From a cyanobacterium endosymbiont of Epithemia turgida isolate EtSB Lake Yunoko (GTDB lineage Bacteria; Cyanobacteriota; Cyanobacteriia; Cyanobacteriales; Microcystaceae), in NCBI RefSeq assembly GCF_000829235.1, contig NZ_AP012549.1:60001-92000 (forward strand): a DNA stretch of 32,000 bases, given 5' to 3'. Position 1 is the stretch's first letter; each line of letters starts with the position of its first letter. Below, in pieces: positions 1 to 10,566 of the stretch. The translations under genes and the position numbers were made by a program. A model generated the notes under the pieces. The model was not told the origin of the DNA and did not search any database. It saw only the letters and a list, made by a program, of their open reading frames with translations.

Positions 1-446
1 CTTCTCTAGTTTTTTAAACCCATTATAATCTTTTACTATAACTAATTTAGCAGCAGGTTGTTGTTGTTTAATTACCCGTTAGTTGCTAGTTTTAGAAATT
101 ACTCCTACTTGACGGACAACGAGGGTATCAATTGTTTCTATCTCGCTCCCTTTTTTAACTAAAGTTTTGTTACCACTAGCAAAATAACTTACGGTAAAAT
201 ATACTGTTTGAGTTATTTTTTAAGTAACTGCTAAGAATCAAGTTTAATGGGTTTACCTATTTTTTTGAATATCTTTACGAATTACTTCGAGAATATCCAA
301 AGAATATCCCACTCATTTCCCTGATCATTAACATAACTAAAAGGGATAGCGTCTTTACTAGTTCCGGCGGTAATTACTCCAGTTTATCTAATTCCTTCTA
401 AAATTACACCAGCTCAACTGGAAGATTGGCTAATTGTAGCAAACAT
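1..446 (-). pseudogene. Degraded periplasmic solute-binding protein (amino-acid ABC transporter, PBP type-3-like); runs off the left edge
   Basis: Minus-strand translation gives fragments in shifting frames separated by stops: TGVITAGTSKDAIPFSYVNDQGNEW, then KKGSEIETIDTLVVRQVGVISKTSN*RVIKQQQPAAKLVIVKDYNGFKKLEK. These follow the usual order of amino-acid SBPs (ligand-binding N-lobe, then the 'L.GK.VGV..GT' segment). An 11-bp tandem duplication (agaatatccaa/agaatatccca, 290-311) breaks the frame. Family assignment is by pattern memory only. Confidence 0.4.
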
Positions 447-697
447 TTAAATTCAAATTACTAAAGTTAATTTTTTTCCCATCGTTTCTTTCCTAAGACA
501 ACTTAGGTTTATAGACCAAGAGGATGGAAAAAATGTTTCGTCAAAGTTGATTGACTTAAATAATAAGAGGGTAATTTAAGCAAGTCGCAAAGATACACTT
601 AAAAATTTTCCGTTGCTTATGAGAAATAGATGCTAATGTAACTAGCTAGGTATGTTAACTTAATCAGTAAATCTTACTGAATTCTGCTTAGGCAAAA

Positions 698-3600
698 ATG
701 ACGAATAATCCTCCAAATTCACCACTAAAACCGTCTAATAAAAATAATTTGCTAACTAGATTAACTAGTTTTGCTAGGCGGCCTTCTACCCTGATAATGG
801 GTGGAATGTTGTTAATGTTGGGGATAACAACCTATTGTGGGATCAATTATTTCGTCTGTCAAAAACTATCACCTCTCCTTTCTAAAGAATTAAGTAAACT
901 TGTTGAAAGGGAAGTTAAAATAGGTAAAGTAGAAAGCTTTTCTTTTAATAAAATTAGTGTTGGACGTTCTTATATTCTCACCACTGAGACGGATACAGAT
1001 TATGCTGAAGCTGCAAAAATTGTCATCAGTTTTAATCCACTGCCCATCTTTATTGGTAGACCTTTAATTATTGATATTACTATCAAAAAATCTAATTTTT
1101 TTATCGAACAAAATAAAACAGGAGAATGGGTTAAATTTTCCAGAAATAAAGAAAAATTAGAACTCAATTTTCCAATTAATATTGACGCTAAGATTCGTCT
1201 CAAAGATGCAGACATTATGGTCCATCCTTACGGGTTTAAAAAATCTTTATCGCTTAAAGTAGATGGGAAAACAGATTATAATTATAAGTCCAATGACAAT
1301 CAACAATTTAGTTATGCTTTTGAGGTTAATCTTCTCAATAGTGAGATTAATATAGAAGGAAAAACCAATATTAATAGTTGGAAAACTCAAGTACAATTAC
1401 AGGTTTATAAATTGGAGTTATCCGAACTAGTTTCTTGGATTTCTGATTTACCTATTATCATTAAAAATGGGCAATTAAATAGTAATCTAAAATTTTATTT
1501 TCCTTCTTTAGAAGAAATAGAAAAAATTACAGGGTTAGGAGTATTTAATATTTCTACTATTGAAGCAAATATTAAATACTTAAAAACTCCCCTCAAAGTT
1601 GACTTGGGTTTAGATTTTCAAGAAAAAACTGTTAAATTACAAAAGACAGAAATTAGTATAGGAAAATTAATTGCCAAAATTACTGGAAGAATTAATTGGG
1701 ACCAAGGTTATAATGTTAACATTGATATTAATCCAGTTTCTCTAAAAGATTTACTTGCTATTGTTCCTCTAAAGTTGCCTCTCGAACTAAAGGGAGAAAT
1801 TCAAGGAAAATTTAGACTTAATGGGGAAATTAAAAATCCTATTTTGACTGGAACAATTAAAAATACAAAACTTCTGCTAATCGATCAGGTTATTATTAAG
1901 ACATTTACGAGTAATTTTAAAGCTAATTTATATCACTTTATCCTCGAAAAAGTTAGAATTATTCCTGCTGCCGGGGGAGAAATTATAGCTAGAGCAAAAG
2001 TAGATCCAGGAGTTCTAAAAGAGACAAAAAAACGAAAAAAGACTGATTGGAAAAAAATTCCTTTTTTCCTTGCTTTTAATGTTAAACTTCCCACAGAAGA
2101 ATTAGTAATTCCTTATTTTCAAAAGAAACAAAATATTAATTTAGGCCATATTACAGCTCAAGGTATAATTACCGGAACTTTAGGGAACCCATTAGGTAAA
2201 ATAGAATGGCAGTCTCCAAATCTAATTCACAATTCAAAAGAACAGATTTCAGGGAAAGGAAGAATTTTATTGTCAGGAATAGAAATTTCACTTCAGGAAA
2301 CAATTTTACGGTCTGCAGAAGGACATGTTACCATTCATGGTTTAGGAAGCTTGAAAGATAAAAAATGGAAGATAGCTTTGAAAGCTAATACTTTTTCTCT
2401 CAGCCCATTTTTAATGATTACTTGTTCGGTTATTACCTGTTCTGAGCAAGTTACTCGTCAGTCAGTTACTCTTACTAAGAGTAATGTAAAATTATCGGGT
2501 AAGTTAGATAATTTTCATTTAATTAAAATTAATGGTCAGGGAAATTTAACTATTGATGTTGATGGTGGGACAATCGCCGTTAGTAGTCGTCTCGCTAATG
2601 ACAATATAAATTCTGTTGTTAGTATATCAGGAATTTATCTTAATCCCTATATTTCCAATTTAGCAGTTCCTACAAAAGTAACAGAAAGTTACTTTAACCT
2701 ATCAGGTTCGTTGGAAAAACTCTTAGGAAATTCTACTTTAAATATTGACCATCTCCAAGCAAAGGGAAATTTACAATTAACCATTGATGGCAGTCCTGTC
2801 AATGCAACTATAGACTTAGGCAATGGAATTCTACAAACAGTGGTAAAATCTTGTCAAATTTCCTTTGACAAGATTTTTCCTGATTTATTCGTTAATGCTA
2901 AGTTAATTAGGAGTAGTTTTGACTTAGCATTAAATCTTAATTCTGTCTTCACATCCCCAAAAAACTTAATCTTCAATAGTTTAAAGGCTAATGTCAAGGC
3001 ACAATTTGTCGTGGAGAATAGTCTGGTTAATATTGCTGGAAAATTAAAAAATGGTCAGGTAAATGGGTCAGTTCACCTTGGTGAATTATATCTTAATAAA
3101 CTTGTTGCTACCCTACCTGTTACTGCAAAAGTTATCGGAGGAAAAATAAAATTTTCTAGTCAATTAATACCTTTACTTTCTACTAAACCTGACGTGAGTA
3201 GTGTCGAACTAATAGCTAATATACAGCTTTCTACGGCCCAAGGTAACATAAATACCACTACCCAATTATATAATAATCAGTGGACAACAAACATCAATGT
3301 ATCTAATCTCAATACTGCTCTGATTTCAGAGAAAATTATTCCCCAAGCGTTCTTAACTAAAATTTCTAATTTAACCGCAGAAATTAAATTTTCTGGCAGT
3401 ATAGAAGATTTTCTCGCAGGAAAGAAAATTATTCCTGTTCAAGTTAATAATATTGTCGTTAGAGCCGATGGACAAATTTTAAATGCTCAAGGAAATTTGC
3501 AATTATCTAATCTTTTGAGTAACCCTGATATTTCCAACCTCAACCTATCGGTTAATGTCAGTTCCAACTTATATCAATTACCCTTAACTGAATTAGTTTC

Positions 3601-6600
3601 CATTATTCCTCCAGATCGAAAATTCCTTTTCGGAGAACTTAGCGTGGAAGGTCAGGGAGAATTTACTGGAAAATTTTTAGGGAAAAACCTTTTAACTTCT
3701 CCTACATACCCAGGTAATCTCCAATTATTAGGAAATTTAAAATTTACTAATTTTGTCTTTAATGATCAAGTTTTTGAAGAAATTTTAACAGGAACTATCA
3801 AGGCAACTTTTAGAGAAAAAATTGCTCTAAATTTAGAAGGAAAAGACGATAAAATTAATGCAGTCTTTACCCCTTGTACCAAAAAAAACTGTCTTGCTCC
3901 TTATGTTCCCGCCTCTTTTGAATTACGTCAAACTGCCGGAGAACAATCTCCTATCCTTGTACAAGGAATTTTAGAAGGTAATCGCCTTACCACTAAAATT
4001 GAAGTATTACCTCTAAAATTAGCTAGAATTTCTTTAGGTAGAGAATATGGTGTCCCTAGTTATCTTTCAGGTTCGGTTAGCAGTCAATTGGAGATCGATA
4101 CTTCCACTCTCGAAGGACGGGGAACCCTCACTATTCACAAACCAAAGTTAGGATTTATTGAAGGACGACAACTCACCGCAAAGGTCCAATATAAAAATAA
4201 TGTGGTTTTTTTACACAATGCAAGCCTAAAATTAGGGAAGAGTGATTACAATGTGCAAGGTTCACTTGATCTGCAATCATTAGTCTTACAAGGAAAATTA
4301 ACGGTTAATGATGGTCGCGTAGAAGATCTGTTGACCGCCTTAAACGTTACTAACCTTGAACGGTTTTTAGACGTAATTAAATTACAACCCCCAGAGTATA
4401 ACTATACTACTGCTGAAGCCATCCCTCCAGAATCTGTCGGAGATGCTCAAGAAACCATTGCCGGACAAGTAAACTTATTAGGAGTTATTGATCAAAAAAT
4501 ACGTCAATTAGCTGCTCTCCGTAAAGCAGGAGGAATTCCTAGCGAATTGGATATTCGCGGTCGCTTCGATGCCAATGTTGCCCTAGGAGGAACTTTGTTA
4601 GACCCCACTTTTAACCTAAAATTTATGGGTAATAAGTGGGAATGGCATCCTCAACAACCCTTCCCCGACATTGTGCCACCCTTGGGTTTGGTGGTATTAG
4701 ATGAACAATTTATTCCCATTAACTCTGTGAAAGTTCAAGCTAAGTCAGTTAATGGAGTAATTGCAGTTAAATACGCCCAAATACGACTAAAAGAAACATT
4801 GTTTGCTTTACAGGGAGATTTTTCCTCACAAAACATAGATTCTGAGTGGAGAGTGCAACGCTTATCTGTTGATACTGTAGGTAACTTTGTGAAACTTCCC
4901 GTAGATATTGGTGGGTTTGTTAATGTATCAGGGACTCTAAGTGGAACCCCTACTCAACCGGAAATACAAGGACAGTTTGCCTTTTTAACAGGAGCATTTC
5001 AAGGACGATCACTGAGAAAAAACCTTCCAGGACGATTTAGCTATCAAGATGGTCGGTTTCGACTCGCTACTACTGATGCATCCTTTGTGTACTTAGCAAT
5101 TAATATTCCTTTTCCCATTACCCCCGAAAATGATATCTTTAACATTGAGGCAAAACTAGGCACAGATGCACTAGAGTTAGTAAGTGTTTTAACTGGAGAA
5201 CAAGTAATCTTAATTGGCGGAGAGGGGCAAGTTAACGCCCAAGTCCAAGGACGTATTAATCTTTTCAATGGACTGACGGTTAACGATTTAAACGCCCAAG
5301 GAAAAGTACTCCTAAGTGAAGCTATCTTCAAAAGTGCCGCTTTGCCCGAACCTTTAACTATTAGCGGAGAAATTAACCTCGATGATCAAGCCATGAAAAT
5401 TTCTCAACTAAAAGGAACTTTTGCCCAAAGCAACCTGATTATTGCCGGAGTTTTACCTTTATTCGAGTCCCAAGCTCAAGTTGAAAACCCCCTCACTGTT
5501 GCTATTGAAAAAGGAATTATTGATTTAGAAGGATTATATAGTGGAGAAATAGAAGGAAGTATTTTTGTTACGGGAAATGCACTTAAACCTTCTGTTAGTG
5601 GTGTAGTTCGTTTAGCTGATGGACAAGTCTTTATACCCGAAACTCCAAAAATCGCTACAGGGTTACCTAATGTTGCTCTAACTCAATCGTCAAAAACTCA
5701 TCCTCAAGTGTTTTTCTCTCAAGAAAATGTTTCTTTTGTCCCTAAATTACGGGATTTTAGAGTGATTATTCAAAATTTATCGGTGCAAACTCTTCCTCTG
5801 TTTCAGTTTCAATTCGGGGGAGATTTAATAGTTAATGGCTCTTTAAATAATTTAACTAGCCTGAAGCCTCAAGGAAACATTACCCTCAATCGGGGGCTGA
5901 TTAATTTTCTTGAAACCCGCTTTTTTCTCGAACGTCGAAATCTTAATCAAATTGTTTTTTATCCAGACAAAGGATTATTAAATCCCGATCTTGATCTACA
6001 ACTGCGGACGATTGTTTCAGAAGTTCCTGAGACCTCAAAGGACCTCCGTGCGGCCGATACTACTGAAATTCCTGATGATAGTTTAAATAAAGTACAACGG
6101 ATTGATATAAATTTGGCTCTTAAGGGATCTTTAAATCAGTTAATTCCCAGTTTTGACAAAGATAAATCTGAGTCGTGCTTGATTAAACATCTTTTACAAC
6201 CAATCCGTATTGAAACCACCTGGTCTGAGGAGGAATTAACTCTTTTAGAAAACTGTTTAACTCTTCTAGCTGAGCAAAGTCAAGAGAACTTAGATGAACA
6301 ACTTCTAAGTAATCCAGTAATTAATTTAACTAGTAGTCCTCCGCAGAGTCAAGGCCAAATCGTCCGCTTATTAGGAAAACAACTATTTGTTTTAGCTGAA
6401 TCTTTACAAGGACAAAGTACCGAGCAGTTAATTCAATTTGGCATTGTCCAGTTAGCATTATCAATGGTATTCCAAACCCTTATTTATGATATGGAGAGTA
6501 CTATCAGTGAAACGATTAGAAGTACTGATTTTAGAATTGTTCCATTCTTAGAAACTATTTATGAAGTGGAAGATAAAGGGTTTATTAAATTCTCCTACGA

Positions 6601-6646
6601 TTACGGTCTTAATGAATTTCGAGTGCGCTACGAAAAACAATTTTAG
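698..6646 (+). CDS. tamB: TamB/DUF490-family translocation and assembly module protein (cyanobacterial TIC236-like), 1982 aa
   Basis: Single uninterrupted 5.9-kb ORF with an ATG start. N-terminal membrane anchor (STLIMGGMLLMLGITTYCGINYFV). Long beta-rich body with recurring G-x-(I/L)-x-L-x-G strands. C-terminal DUF490-like region (NLTSSPPQSQGQIVRLLGKQ ... FRVRYEKQF) ending in an aromatic residue. Confidence 0.85.
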   Translation: MTNNPPNSPLKPSNKNNLLTRLTSFARRPSTLIMGGMLLMLGITTYCGINYFVCQKLSPLLSKELSKLVEREVKIGKVESFSFNKISVGRSYILTTETDTDYAEAAKIVISFNPLPIFIGRPLIIDITIKKSNFFIEQNKTGEWVKFSRNKEKLELNFPINIDAKIRLKDADIMVHPYGFKKSLSLKVDGKTDYNYKSNDNQQFSYAFEVNLLNSEINIEGKTNINSWKTQVQLQVYKLELSELVSWISDLPIIIKNGQLNSNLKFYFPSLEEIEKITGLGVFNISTIEANIKYLKTPLKVDLGLDFQEKTVKLQKTEISIGKLIAKITGRINWDQGYNVNIDINPVSLKDLLAIVPLKLPLELKGEIQGKFRLNGEIKNPILTGTIKNTKLLLIDQVIIKTFTSNFKANLYHFILEKVRIIPAAGGEIIARAKVDPGVLKETKKRKKTDWKKIPFFLAFNVKLPTEELVIPYFQKKQNINLGHITAQGIITGTLGNPLGKIEWQSPNLIHNSKEQISGKGRILLSGIEISLQETILRSAEGHVTIHGLGSLKDKKWKIALKANTFSLSPFLMITCSVITCSEQVTRQSVTLTKSNVKLSGKLDNFHLIKINGQGNLTIDVDGGTIAVSSRLANDNINSVVSISGIYLNPYISNLAVPTKVTESYFNLSGSLEKLLGNSTLNIDHLQAKGNLQLTIDGSPVNATIDLGNGILQTVVKSCQISFDKIFPDLFVNAKLIRSSFDLALNLNSVFTSPKNLIFNSLKANVKAQFVVENSLVNIAGKLKNGQVNGSVHLGELYLNKLVATLPVTAKVIGGKIKFSSQLIPLLSTKPDVSSVELIANIQLSTAQGNINTTTQLYNNQWTTNINVSNLNTALISEKIIPQAFLTKISNLTAEIKFSGSIEDFLAGKKIIPVQVNNIVVRADGQILNAQGNLQLSNLLSNPDISNLNLSVNVSSNLYQLPLTELVSIIPPDRKFLFGELSVEGQGEFTGKFLGKNLLTSPTYPGNLQLLGNLKFTNFVFNDQVFEEILTGTIKATFREKIALNLEGKDDKINAVFTPCTKKNCLAPYVPASFELRQTAGEQSPILVQGILEGNRLTTKIEVLPLKLARISLGREYGVPSYLSGSVSSQLEIDTSTLEGRGTLTIHKPKLGFIEGRQLTAKVQYKNNVVFLHNASLKLGKSDYNVQGSLDLQSLVLQGKLTVNDGRVEDLLTALNVTNLERFLDVIKLQPPEYNYTTAEAIPPESVGDAQETIAGQVNLLGVIDQKIRQLAALRKAGGIPSELDIRGRFDANVALGGTLLDPTFNLKFMGNKWEWHPQQPFPDIVPPLGLVVLDEQFIPINSVKVQAKSVNGVIAVKYAQIRLKETLFALQGDFSSQNIDSEWRVQRLSVDTVGNFVKLPVDIGGFVNVSGTLSGTPTQPEIQGQFAFLTGAFQGRSLRKNLPGRFSYQDGRFRLATTDASFVYLAINIPFPITPENDIFNIEAKLGTDALELVSVLTGEQVILIGGEGQVNAQVQGRINLFNGLTVNDLNAQGKVLLSEAIFKSAALPEPLTISGEINLDDQAMKISQLKGTFAQSNLIIAGVLPLFESQAQVENPLTVAIEKGIIDLEGLYSGEIEGSIFVTGNALKPSVSGVVRLADGQVFIPETPKIATGLPNVALTQSSKTHPQVFFSQENVSFVPKLRDFRVIIQNLSVQTLPLFQFQFGGDLIVNGSLNNLTSLKPQGNITLNRGLINFLETRFFLERRNLNQIVFYPDKGLLNPDLDLQLRTIVSEVPETSKDLRAADTTEIPDDSLNKVQRIDINLALKGSLNQLIPSFDKDKSESCLIKHLLQPIRIETTWSEEELTLLENCLTLLAEQSQENLDEQLLSNPVINLTSSPPQSQGQIVRLLGKQLFVLAESLQGQSTEQLIQFGIVQLALSMVFQTLIYDMESTISETIRSTDFRIVPFLETIYEVEDKGFIKFSYDYGLNEFRVRYEKQF

Positions 6647-7822
6647 TTAATTTTTAATAAATTGAGATAAAAATTATGTTAATGATACTAACTGGAAAAA
6701 ATAATGGCAATAATATATTAATTATAATCTCAGTTTATTAAGACTAAAATATGCGTATAAATTTAACGGTTCACTGTCAATAAATATTTTTCTTTAACCA
6801 TTAGTGGCATAACTAATACCAAAAAACAAATATTTAGCTATGTATTGAGTCAGAAGGATATTGAAGGATAAGGAGATGCTTCTATTTTTTTACTGATTAA
6901 AGACTAAGAAAAAATTAACAAATAGATTCAAAAAAATCATAAACCATGATCTCAATCATAGGGCAATTTTATCCTTTAAAACATCCTAAAATTGAACTCA
7001 GTTAAAAAGAAAACAATAATACTTTATCCATCTATACAGATGTCGATATAGGTTTTTATTTTCTAATTATATTAGCTTAATTTTTTAGACAGACTGGCAT
7101 CTAGGAATTACTTTTATTTAGCTATTTTTTATTTTGTATTTATTTAAGCTCACTTACTTAACTATTTTATTATTAGTATTTTACATTCCTATGAAATAGG
7201 AGAATAAATTCGAATTTATATCTTTTCCCATAATCATATATTCAATATTATAGTTTAGTTAGTTCATTCCTGGTGAGAAGATAGGTTAACCCCGATTAAA
7301 CTAAATTCTCTGTTGGATGACAATAGCTTACAGTAACTTGAACTACTTCTTCCTTATTAATTAGGATTAATAGGTAAATAAAACAAGATATAACTAAAAT
7401 AAATTCTCAATAATTTTAGATTTATTATTAAGTTGTCATTTTACTAAAAGTCATAGTAACAACAGCAGTTTTCATTTGGATAGATTAAAGTAACAAAACA
7501 AAAAAATGTTAGTCATATAAAAAAATGAAGCTATATTCCATAGATATTTTCAATAAAATTATGGAAATTAACCATAAGATCGACCAATTAATTTAACAAC
7601 TAATTAGCTGATCTAGCCACTACTGTTATCATGAACTATCCAATTATAATCTACCATAAAATAATGGTTAAAAAATATTTCTAGTTAGGTTATCGTCATG
7701 TTTGAATTTTCTCTAAAATTGAAGCACGAGACAGGTATATTCGGTAAAAAATTTTACATCTATTCCTATAATTTTGAGTGCCAAAACTTACTTTCTATTT
7801 AAACAGGTTTTGAAATGGAAAA

Positions 7823-7853
7823 ACCAGATGTTCATTATTAATGAACATCTGGT
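7823..7853 (-). terminator. Intrinsic-terminator-like hairpin overlapping the lgt stop codon
   Basis: Perfect 13-bp arms (accagatgttcat / atgaacatctggt) with a 5-nt loop. On the minus-strand RNA the hairpin is followed by UUUUCCAUUU. The lgt stop codon lies in the loop and the last four codons (PDVH) form one arm. Confidence 0.5.
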
Positions 7854-8689
7854 AGTGATCGCTTTTCCTTATAGAGCCAAATTAAACCCAAAATTCCTAA
7901 TCCTATCATTACTAAACTAATCATTTGAGCAATTTTCAAAGAGCCTAACATTAGGCTATCTGTTCTCAATCCTTCTATCCAAAATCTTCCAAAACTGTAG
8001 GTGATTAAATAGACTAAAGACAATGTACCTACTTGGATTTTATCCCTATGTTTTAATCCAAAAAAAAATAGACTTAATAACAAAAAAAATACTAATACAT
8101 TCCAAATAGATTCATATAAAAAAGTTGGATGAAAATATTCCTCATTAATATATGTTAAAGGACGGTGATTTACAGGAATATATAGTTTCCAGGGTAAATT
8201 AGTCGGAGAACCGAAAGCTTCTGAATTAAAGAAATTTCCCCATCGTCCAATGGCTTGTCCTAAGGTTAAAGATGGCACAATTAAATCTGCTAACTGCCAA
8301 ACAGAAACTTTATTTAAACGAGCAAAAATAATAGCTGTTAAAGTTCCTCCGATAATGGCTCCATGAATGGCAATTCCTCCTTTCCAAATGGCAATGATAT
8401 CCCCTGGATTTTGAGCGTATTGTTGCCATTCAAAGATGACATAATAAAGTCGAGCGCAGGGAATAGAGGAAATTACCAACCAAATCACTAGATCAGCCAT
8501 TAAATTGGGATCAACCTGACGTTTTTTGGCTAACCATTGGGATAAAGCAACACCAATTAAGACCGAAGACGAGATCAATAGTCCATACCAACGAATAGTA
8601 AAAAAACCAATTTCAAAGATAATTGGCCCTGGGGATTGAAACTGAAACCCTAATAAACTGTTCATTATCCAAATTAGTAGTTGAAACAT
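7838..8689 (-). CDS. lgt: Prolipoprotein diacylglyceryl transferase
   Basis: 283 aa polytopic membrane protein with Lgt hallmarks [15 protein letters not shown] and [20 protein letters not shown] start. Confidence 0.9.
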   Translation of the reverse strand: MFQLLIWIMNSLLGFQFQSPGPIIFEIGFFTIRWYGLLISSSVLIGVALSQWLAKKRQVDPNLMADLVIWLVISSIPCARLYYVIFEWQQYAQNPGDIIAIWKGGIAIHGAIIGGTLTAIIFARLNKVSVWQLADLIVPSLTLGQAIGRWGNFFNSEAFGSPTNLPWKLYIPVNHRPLTYINEEYFHPTFLYESIWNVLVFFLLLSLFFFGLKHRDKIQVGTLSLVYLITYSFGRFWIEGLRTDSLMLGSLKIAQMISLVMIGLGILGLIWLYKEKRSLPDVH

Positions 8690-8817
8690 CGGAGGAATAG
8701 ATTGTCAATACCAAAGCCAATCAAGTACAATTGCACAAATTAATAGCTTTTGAGTTCTACCAAGTTAGCAGTTAAATATTTTTCTCCTTGTTATTTTCTC
8801 ATAGTTCTTACAATTAC

Positions 8818-9882
8818 CTACTTCCATTCGGGGTGAGATTCTACCGGTAAACAAGGACTATATTGGTTGATCTGATTAATCATTTTATATAAACGACCAA
8901 GGTTGCGTTGATCAAAATGAAATACTAAGCGAGGTAAGCTTTCTGTTTCATCCCCTTTTTCACTAGGTAAGGCAGCACTTTTACAAATTGTTTCCTTGAC
9001 AAGGATATCTGAATAGTCGTCATTGAGCTGGTCTACTTGTTCATCAGATAATTCTGAATTAAGACGCATCACAAATAAATCTCCCACATAGCGACTTGAA
9101 TGATACACGCAATAGAAATTACGGATAACGTTACAGGCATGAGCTAAATTGTCTGTAACAGTATAGAGACTAAAATCTTCTGGACTAATTAATCCCCGTT
9201 GTAAGAAATTCTTCTGGTTATGCTTGTTCCAAATTTTCCAATAGTCGCCTCCAGGTTCATCAATTAATACCAAAGGACAGGGTCCATATTTTCCTGTCTG
9301 AGAAAGAGTTAGGGTTTCAAAGACTTCATCTTGGGTGCCAAACCCTCCTGCAAATAGAGCTACTGCGTCACTTTCTCGCATAAAAAAGAGTTTTCTGGTA
9401 AAAAAGTATTTAAAATTAATCAATTTTGGATCATCAGCAATAAAAGGGTTGGCACTTTGTTCAAATGGTAATTGAATATTAAGTCCAAAAGAATGCTTTG
9501 GTCCTGCTCCTTCATTCCCTGCTTGCATTATCCCTCCTCCTGCGCCTGTAAGAACCATAAACCCAAACTGAGTGATATAACGAGCAAATTCAACTGCTAA
9601 ACGATACTCCGAACTTTGGGGAGACAGACGGGACGAGCCAAAGATAGTAACTTTACGTATGTGACGGTAAGGATAAAAAGTCTTAACCCCTTGTTCTAAG
9701 TCTTCTAGGGTAGCAGTTAAAATTTTCCAGTCGAGGCGGTCTATCTCTTCTCCCGCAATTCTCAACAAGACAGATAGTGCCCGTTTGACTAGGGTGCCAT
9801 GTTCATGTTCTGACAATTTTGCTATTAATTCCCGTATGTCTTTAGCTAAAGAAGGGGTTGTATTATCTTTTGATAAAGTCAT
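8818..9882 (-). CDS. LOG/TIGR00730-family Rossmann-fold protein with N- and C-terminal extensions (PpnN-like nucleotide 5'-monophosphate nucleosidase architecture)
   Basis: 354 aa. Contains LTGAGGGIMQAGNEGA and AGGFGTQDEVFETL (the LOG PGGxGTxxE-type signature). About 110 aa of C-terminal extension (HSSRYVGDLFVMRLN ... LPRLVFHFDQRNLGRLYKMINQIN) resembles the extra domain of long LOG/PpnN proteins. The functional subtype is inferred. Confidence 0.8.
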   Translation of the reverse strand: MTLSKDNTTPSLAKDIRELIAKLSEHEHGTLVKRALSVLLRIAGEEIDRLDWKILTATLEDLEQGVKTFYPYRHIRKVTIFGSSRLSPQSSEYRLAVEFARYITQFGFMVLTGAGGGIMQAGNEGAGPKHSFGLNIQLPFEQSANPFIADDPKLINFKYFFTRKLFFMRESDAVALFAGGFGTQDEVFETLTLSQTGKYGPCPLVLIDEPGGDYWKIWNKHNQKNFLQRGLISPEDFSLYTVTDNLAHACNVIRNFYCVYHSSRYVGDLFVMRLNSELSDEQVDQLNDDYSDILVKETICKSAALPSEKGDETESLPRLVFHFDQRNLGRLYKMINQINQYSPCLPVESHPEWK

Positions 9883-9917
9883 AGTTTTGGATTGAAGACT
9901 ACCCTCATTGTATCGAA

Positions 9918-9967
9918 AATTCTATTTATTCATACACATCTTTATATGTGTATGAATAAATAGAATT
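9918..9967. repeat. Perfect inverted repeat, 22-bp arms, 6-nt spacer
   Basis: aattctatttattcatacacat (9918-9939), ctttat, atgtgtatgaataaatagaatt (9946-9967). Zero mismatches. Lies 36 bp upstream of the LOG-family start codon. Confidence 0.95.
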
Positions 9968-10496
9968 AAAAATATAGAGTTTTATCATTGTTTTAAGTTT
10001 TGTATTATTTTATTCTTATTTTTTTAGTTTTATTAAGTAATAATTGTGGCTTTTTTATACCAAGTATGATGTCCAGTGTTTTTTATAATTTTTATCCTAA
10101 CTGTATTAGATCATTCCAAAAACTTGGTATTGATCACGACCGAGTTTCTCGGATTTTAATAAATACGTAAAACAAGAATTCCAGTTTTTATTATGATGTT
10201 GTCACAACTAGTATAGAATAGATATGATTATTAAATTTTTAAAACCTAGAAAAAATATAATAGCAATTTGGGGTTAAATAGATAGGTTTTGAACGCCATA
10301 TAGGAGTTTGGAGTCTGTGAATTTTTACTATTGATGTAAAAACCAGTATAGAACTGTATCGAAACCCCTACTAACTCTTCTAAAAATAAATAATAGACCT
10401 TTGGCAAGGTAAAATATAAATTTATCTGTTAATTGTCATGAGTTTAGTTTCATTATTAACCACTTTGATTTTTTGACTTTTGTGTATTTTTCTTTT

Positions 10497-10526
10497 TTGA
10501 CACTATAAAAGTGTTATTTTTAAAGT
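10497..10526 (+). promoter_or_regulatory. Candidate sigma70-type promoter for the small zinc-ribbon ORF
   Basis: Perfect TTGACA at 10497-10502, an 18-nt spacer, then TAAAGT at 10521-10526, about 40 bp upstream of the ATG at 10567. AT-rich DNA produces many -10-like hexamers by chance, so this is weak. Confidence 0.25.
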
Positions 10527-10566
10527 GAGTGAATATTGTTTTAGCAAACAACATTTTTAGTCAAAA

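Noticed and set aside
1000-1215. Antisense or alternate-frame ORFs nested in large genes (1000-1215, 5044-5331, 11528-11764, 13965-14180, 16179-16409, 16615-16812, 23511-23705)
   Set aside because: Each lies wholly inside a well-supported conserved CDS in another frame or strand and has no recognisable motifs. They are typical shadow ORFs.
7204-7219. 16-bp spacerless palindrome ataaattcgaatttat
   Set aside because: About one such 8+8 palindrome is expected by chance in this amount of AT-rich DNA. No associated gene.
10066-10170. 34-aa ORF MMSSVFYNFYPNCIRSFQKLGIDHDRVSRILINT with an HTH-like LGI..DRVSRIL segment
   Set aside because: Too short and unsupported by translation signals. It may be a scrap of a regulator or transposase HTH, but I cannot substantiate that.
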